Shown here in pieces: positions 61,202 through 64,000 of a stretch of DNA of 64,000 bases. Position 1 is the stretch's first letter. Every line of letters begins with the position of its first letter. A model generated the notes under the pieces. The model searched no databases, had not been told where the DNA came from, and saw only the letters and a list, made by a program, of their open reading frames with translations. The position numbers and the translations under genes were made by a program. Origin of the DNA: an uncultured Poribacteria bacterium (GTDB lineage: Bacteria > Poribacteria > WGA-4E > WGA-3G); the NCBI GenBank assembly GCA_951813565.1, contig OX638351.1, positions 4,672,001 through 4,736,000 of the forward strand, in the 5' to 3' direction.

Positions 61202-64000
61202 ATGGATGAAAGGTTTACACAATCAACTGGCACAAACGTCTATACTGGCTGTGAGTTGCTTGTCAAAGGTTCATTAGAGAGCGGCGTTAGCCTGATGACA
61301 GGGTATCCCGGTTCACCGCTTGCAGAAGTTTTTGACGTCCTGCAGCGAAATGCGGATCTCCTCAAATCAAATGGGATCGTAGCGCAGATAGCCAATAATG
61401 AGGCGTTGAGCATTGCCCGGTTGAACGGTTCGCAAATGGCGGACATGCGCGCAATCGCATTTATGAAAAGCGTTGGTTTGCACGTTGCGTCTGATGCACT
61501 TGCGATAAGTAATATGGCGGGGACAACCGGTGGTGCTGTGGTTGTTGTGGGTGATGATACGTGGTCCTATAGCACACAAGTTCCTGCTGATTCTCGTGTT
61601 TTAGCACGACATCTTTATATGCCCCTTTTAGAGCCATCAACTTGGCAAGAGATGAAAAATTGGATTGATTGTGCATTCGAAATTTCTGCGGATGCAAACC
61701 TCTATACCTGCTATTTAACAACTCAGAATCAAGCAGATGGTGGCGGAATTGTTGAACTACATCCCAATTGTAATCCGACTATTAGCCAGATAGCACAAAC
61801 AGAGTTGAATACGGAATTAATTTCCATAGATGATCGCGTGGTTTTGCCTCCTGATACTGCTCGTATTGAAGTAGAAACACTCCGTGAAAGGTTTCCTACC
61901 GCGCTTGAAACAGCAAAGCGATTAGGACTCAACGAAATCCTTTATCCTGCAAACAGTAATGGAAATTCAGCGTCAGTTCAAGCGCAACATAGAATTGGAT
62001 TTGTGACATCTGGTTTCAGTTATGTTTATCTGGAACATGCCTTAACTGAACTAAATCTCAGCGGTTCAGTCCCTATCCTCAAACTCGGTCTGACGCACCC
62101 GCTTGACGAAGATATCCTCTATGAATTTGCACAAGAAATAGATGAACTGTTTGTCATTGAAGAAAAACGCCCTATCCTTGAAAACGAAATCAAGGCATTT
62201 CTGACGCAGATGTATCAAGAAGGCACTCTGGATAAGTTTATGAAGGTGTGGGGCAAACAGTTCCCTAATGGGTTGTCTGGTATCCCTATAGAGGCAGGAT
62301 TAGATGCATCTATTCTGATTCAACGCTTAATACCGCTCTTTTCAGAAAATGGGCGATTTGCGTCCACTGTTCCGGTAGATGTCCAACTCTTTGAACAAGA
62401 AGCACAATTACAGCAACAAGTGTCTGAAATCAAGACTGATATTCCAGCACGCACCCCAACTTTCTGTCCCGGATGTCCACACCGAGATTCCTCAAGTGTC
62501 CTTCTCGAAATTACAAATCAATTTATGGATGCCACGTATATGCAAAAGCATCACGATTCACCGCCAGTTGATCTGGTTTTTCACGGAGATATCGGCTGCT
62601 ATTCAATGCTAAAATACGAACCGTTTCCGCGCTTGATGCACAATCTCTCTGCTATGACATTAGGTGGTGGCGCAGGCGCAGGTATTGATCCGTTTATTGT
62701 CAATAAGCAGGTCGTTTTTATGGGGGATTCAACCTTCTTTCACGGTGGTATGTCCGCAATTTCTGATTCCATCAAGAATAATCAAGATATTGCCTATATT
62801 ATATTAGACAATCAAACAACGGCAATGACAGGCCACCAACCGACACCTGCAGGCGAAATGGATATCCTCGGCAATCCAACGTTTGCGCAAGACATTGAGA
62901 CAGTTGTACAGGGCTTAGCTGGAAATTCTGAAATAACCATTGTACGTGTCAATCCGGAAGATCGGTTGAACTATAAAAAATATCTTGAGAAGGCAATTTT
63001 GAGAGATGGAGTCAAGATTATCATCGCGGATAAAGAATGTGCGATTACCTTCCACAGACGCCTCCGACGTGAACAACAAACAATAAAAGAGAAAGACGGC
63101 TTTTTAAAGGTCGAAAAACATATTAACATTACATCTGAAGTCTGTGAATTTTGTTTAGAATGTACCAAATCTACGGGATGTCCTGCCCTAAAAATTGTTG
63201 ATACCGATTATGGAGACAAAATAGCAATTGATCGTTCTAACTGTGTAACCGATGGTGCTTGTGCGCGGATTAAATGGGCGTGTCCGTCCTTTGAAGAAGT
63301 TATCGTAACACGCAAACGTCCCCCTCGTGCGCAACATATTCAGCAAATTGAGAAGCCAAAACATAAGGACGAAGACTCAGCGGATGTATGGGAAGATTCA
63401 GGGCTATCTGAATTACTTTCACGACTGAGGATAAACGGAGCCGCCCCTTTACCACCACCACCTCCAAGAACTTTTGACAGAGCATGGAGTGCCTACGCAG
63501 CAGGTGTCGGTGGAATGGGTATCGGAACGATCTCTAAAATACTTGTTGTTGCGGGGTATCTCCAAGGGTATGATGTGCATTTCTGTGATAGAAAGGGGTT
63601 AGCGATACGAAATGGGGGTGTCTATACACACGTTACTTATACGAATTCTGGTCATAAAATTTCACCGATTATCCCTTACGGCAAAGCGGATCTCGTCTTA
63701 GGGCTTGATATTTTAGAAACGGTTCGGGGCATTTCAGCGGAATCGGTTTTCCGTGTGGCATCAACTGAACGCACTGCTGCCGTTGTCAATACAGCCAAAA
63801 CAGAGACGATGACAACCCTCATTGGGAAAGATAGTTTTGAAACTGATGATTTAGAAGAAACTATTGAACACAATACGAATGCCTATGTTGGTATTAACCT
63901 ATTTGACATCTCGGAACAGTTGTTCGGCACAAAACTTTATGCAAATATCATGCTAATAGGTGTTGCGTTCCAACGAGGCTTGATGCCAATTGAGATGGAA
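61202..64000 (+). CDS. Fused indolepyruvate ferredoxin oxidoreductase family protein (3' end outside window)
   Basis: Partial translation MDERF..TGYPGSP..FCPGCPH..GDIGC..GDSTFFHGG..AGVGGMG; missing from the ORF track, consistent with no stop before the window end. Confidence 0.88.
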   Translation, partial: MDERFTQSTGTNVYTGCELLVKGSLESGVSLMTGYPGSPLAEVFDVLQRNADLLKSNGIVAQIANNEALSIARLNGSQMADMRAIAFMKSVGLHVASDALAISNMAGTTGGAVVVVGDDTWSYSTQVPADSRVLARHLYMPLLEPSTWQEMKNWIDCAFEISADANLYTCYLTTQNQADGGGIVELHPNCNPTISQIAQTELNTELISIDDRVVLPPDTARIEVETLRERFPTALETAKRLGLNEILYPANSNGNSASVQAQHRIGFVTSGFSYVYLEHALTELNLSGSVPILKLGLTHPLDEDILYEFAQEIDELFVIEEKRPILENEIKAFLTQMYQEGTLDKFMKVWGKQFPNGLSGIPIEAGLDASILIQRLIPLFSENGRFASTVPVDVQLFEQEAQLQQQVSEIKTDIPARTPTFCPGCPHRDSSSVLLEITNQFMDATYMQKHHDSPPVDLVFHGDIGCYSMLKYEPFPRLMHNLSAMTLGGGAGAGIDPFIVNKQVVFMGDSTFFHGGMSAISDSIKNNQDIAYIILDNQTTAMTGHQPTPAGEMDILGNPTFAQDIETVVQGLAGNSEITIVRVNPEDRLNYKKYLEKAILRDGVKIIIADKECAITFHRRLRREQQTIKEKDGFLKVEKHINITSEVCEFCLECTKSTGCPALKIVDTDYGDKIAIDRSNCVTDGACARIKWACPSFEEVIVTRKRPPRAQHIQQIEKPKHKDEDSADVWEDSGLSELLSRLRINGAAPLPPPPPRTFDRAWSAYAAGVGGMGIGTISKILVVAGYLQGYDVHFCDRKGLAIRNGGVYTHVTYTNSGHKISPIIPYGKADLVLGLDILETVRGISAESVFRVASTERTAAVVNTAKTETMTTLIGKDSFETDDLEETIEHNTNAYVGINLFDISEQLFGTKLYANIMLIGVAFQRGLMPIEME

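Noticed and set aside
61240..63873. Short minus-strand and alternate-frame ORFs near the window end
   Set aside because: Shadows of the long plus-strand oxidoreductase gene starting at 61202.

Overview
Bacterial chromosomal window, probably Candidatus Poribacteria or a relative. The taxon is an inference from the dockerin-tailed DUF6259-like paralogs, the PhyH dioxygenase, the WD40 and C-type-lectin proteins and the DUF6785-like membrane protein. Housekeeping genes (aroC, pyrD, pyrB, rluD, gltX, glnS, yvcK-like, glmM-like, nadK, recN, a fused indolepyruvate oxidoreductase) are interleaved with accessory genes: a PARIS-like ATPase+DUF4435 pair, an interrupted Rpn-like gene and a low-GC methyltransferase/sulfotransferase cassette. 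The intergenic DNA is dense with MITEs, REP-like palindromes and tiny hairpin elements nested in one another. The most striking observations are: (1) an 83-nt tmRNA-like gene made of only the tRNA-like domain, with no tag reading frame (39769-39851); (2) four Fur-box-like palindromes at an exact 32-bp period with no iron gene nearby (56791-56905); (3) a 404-bp coding-less IS200/IS605-type element inserted after TTAG in the Rpn-like gene, keeping a promoter and structured RNA; (4) a family of ~36-120-bp hairpin+AATCAAC elements that insert into REPs and into each other. All family assignments are from motif recognition by eye; no database searches were run.
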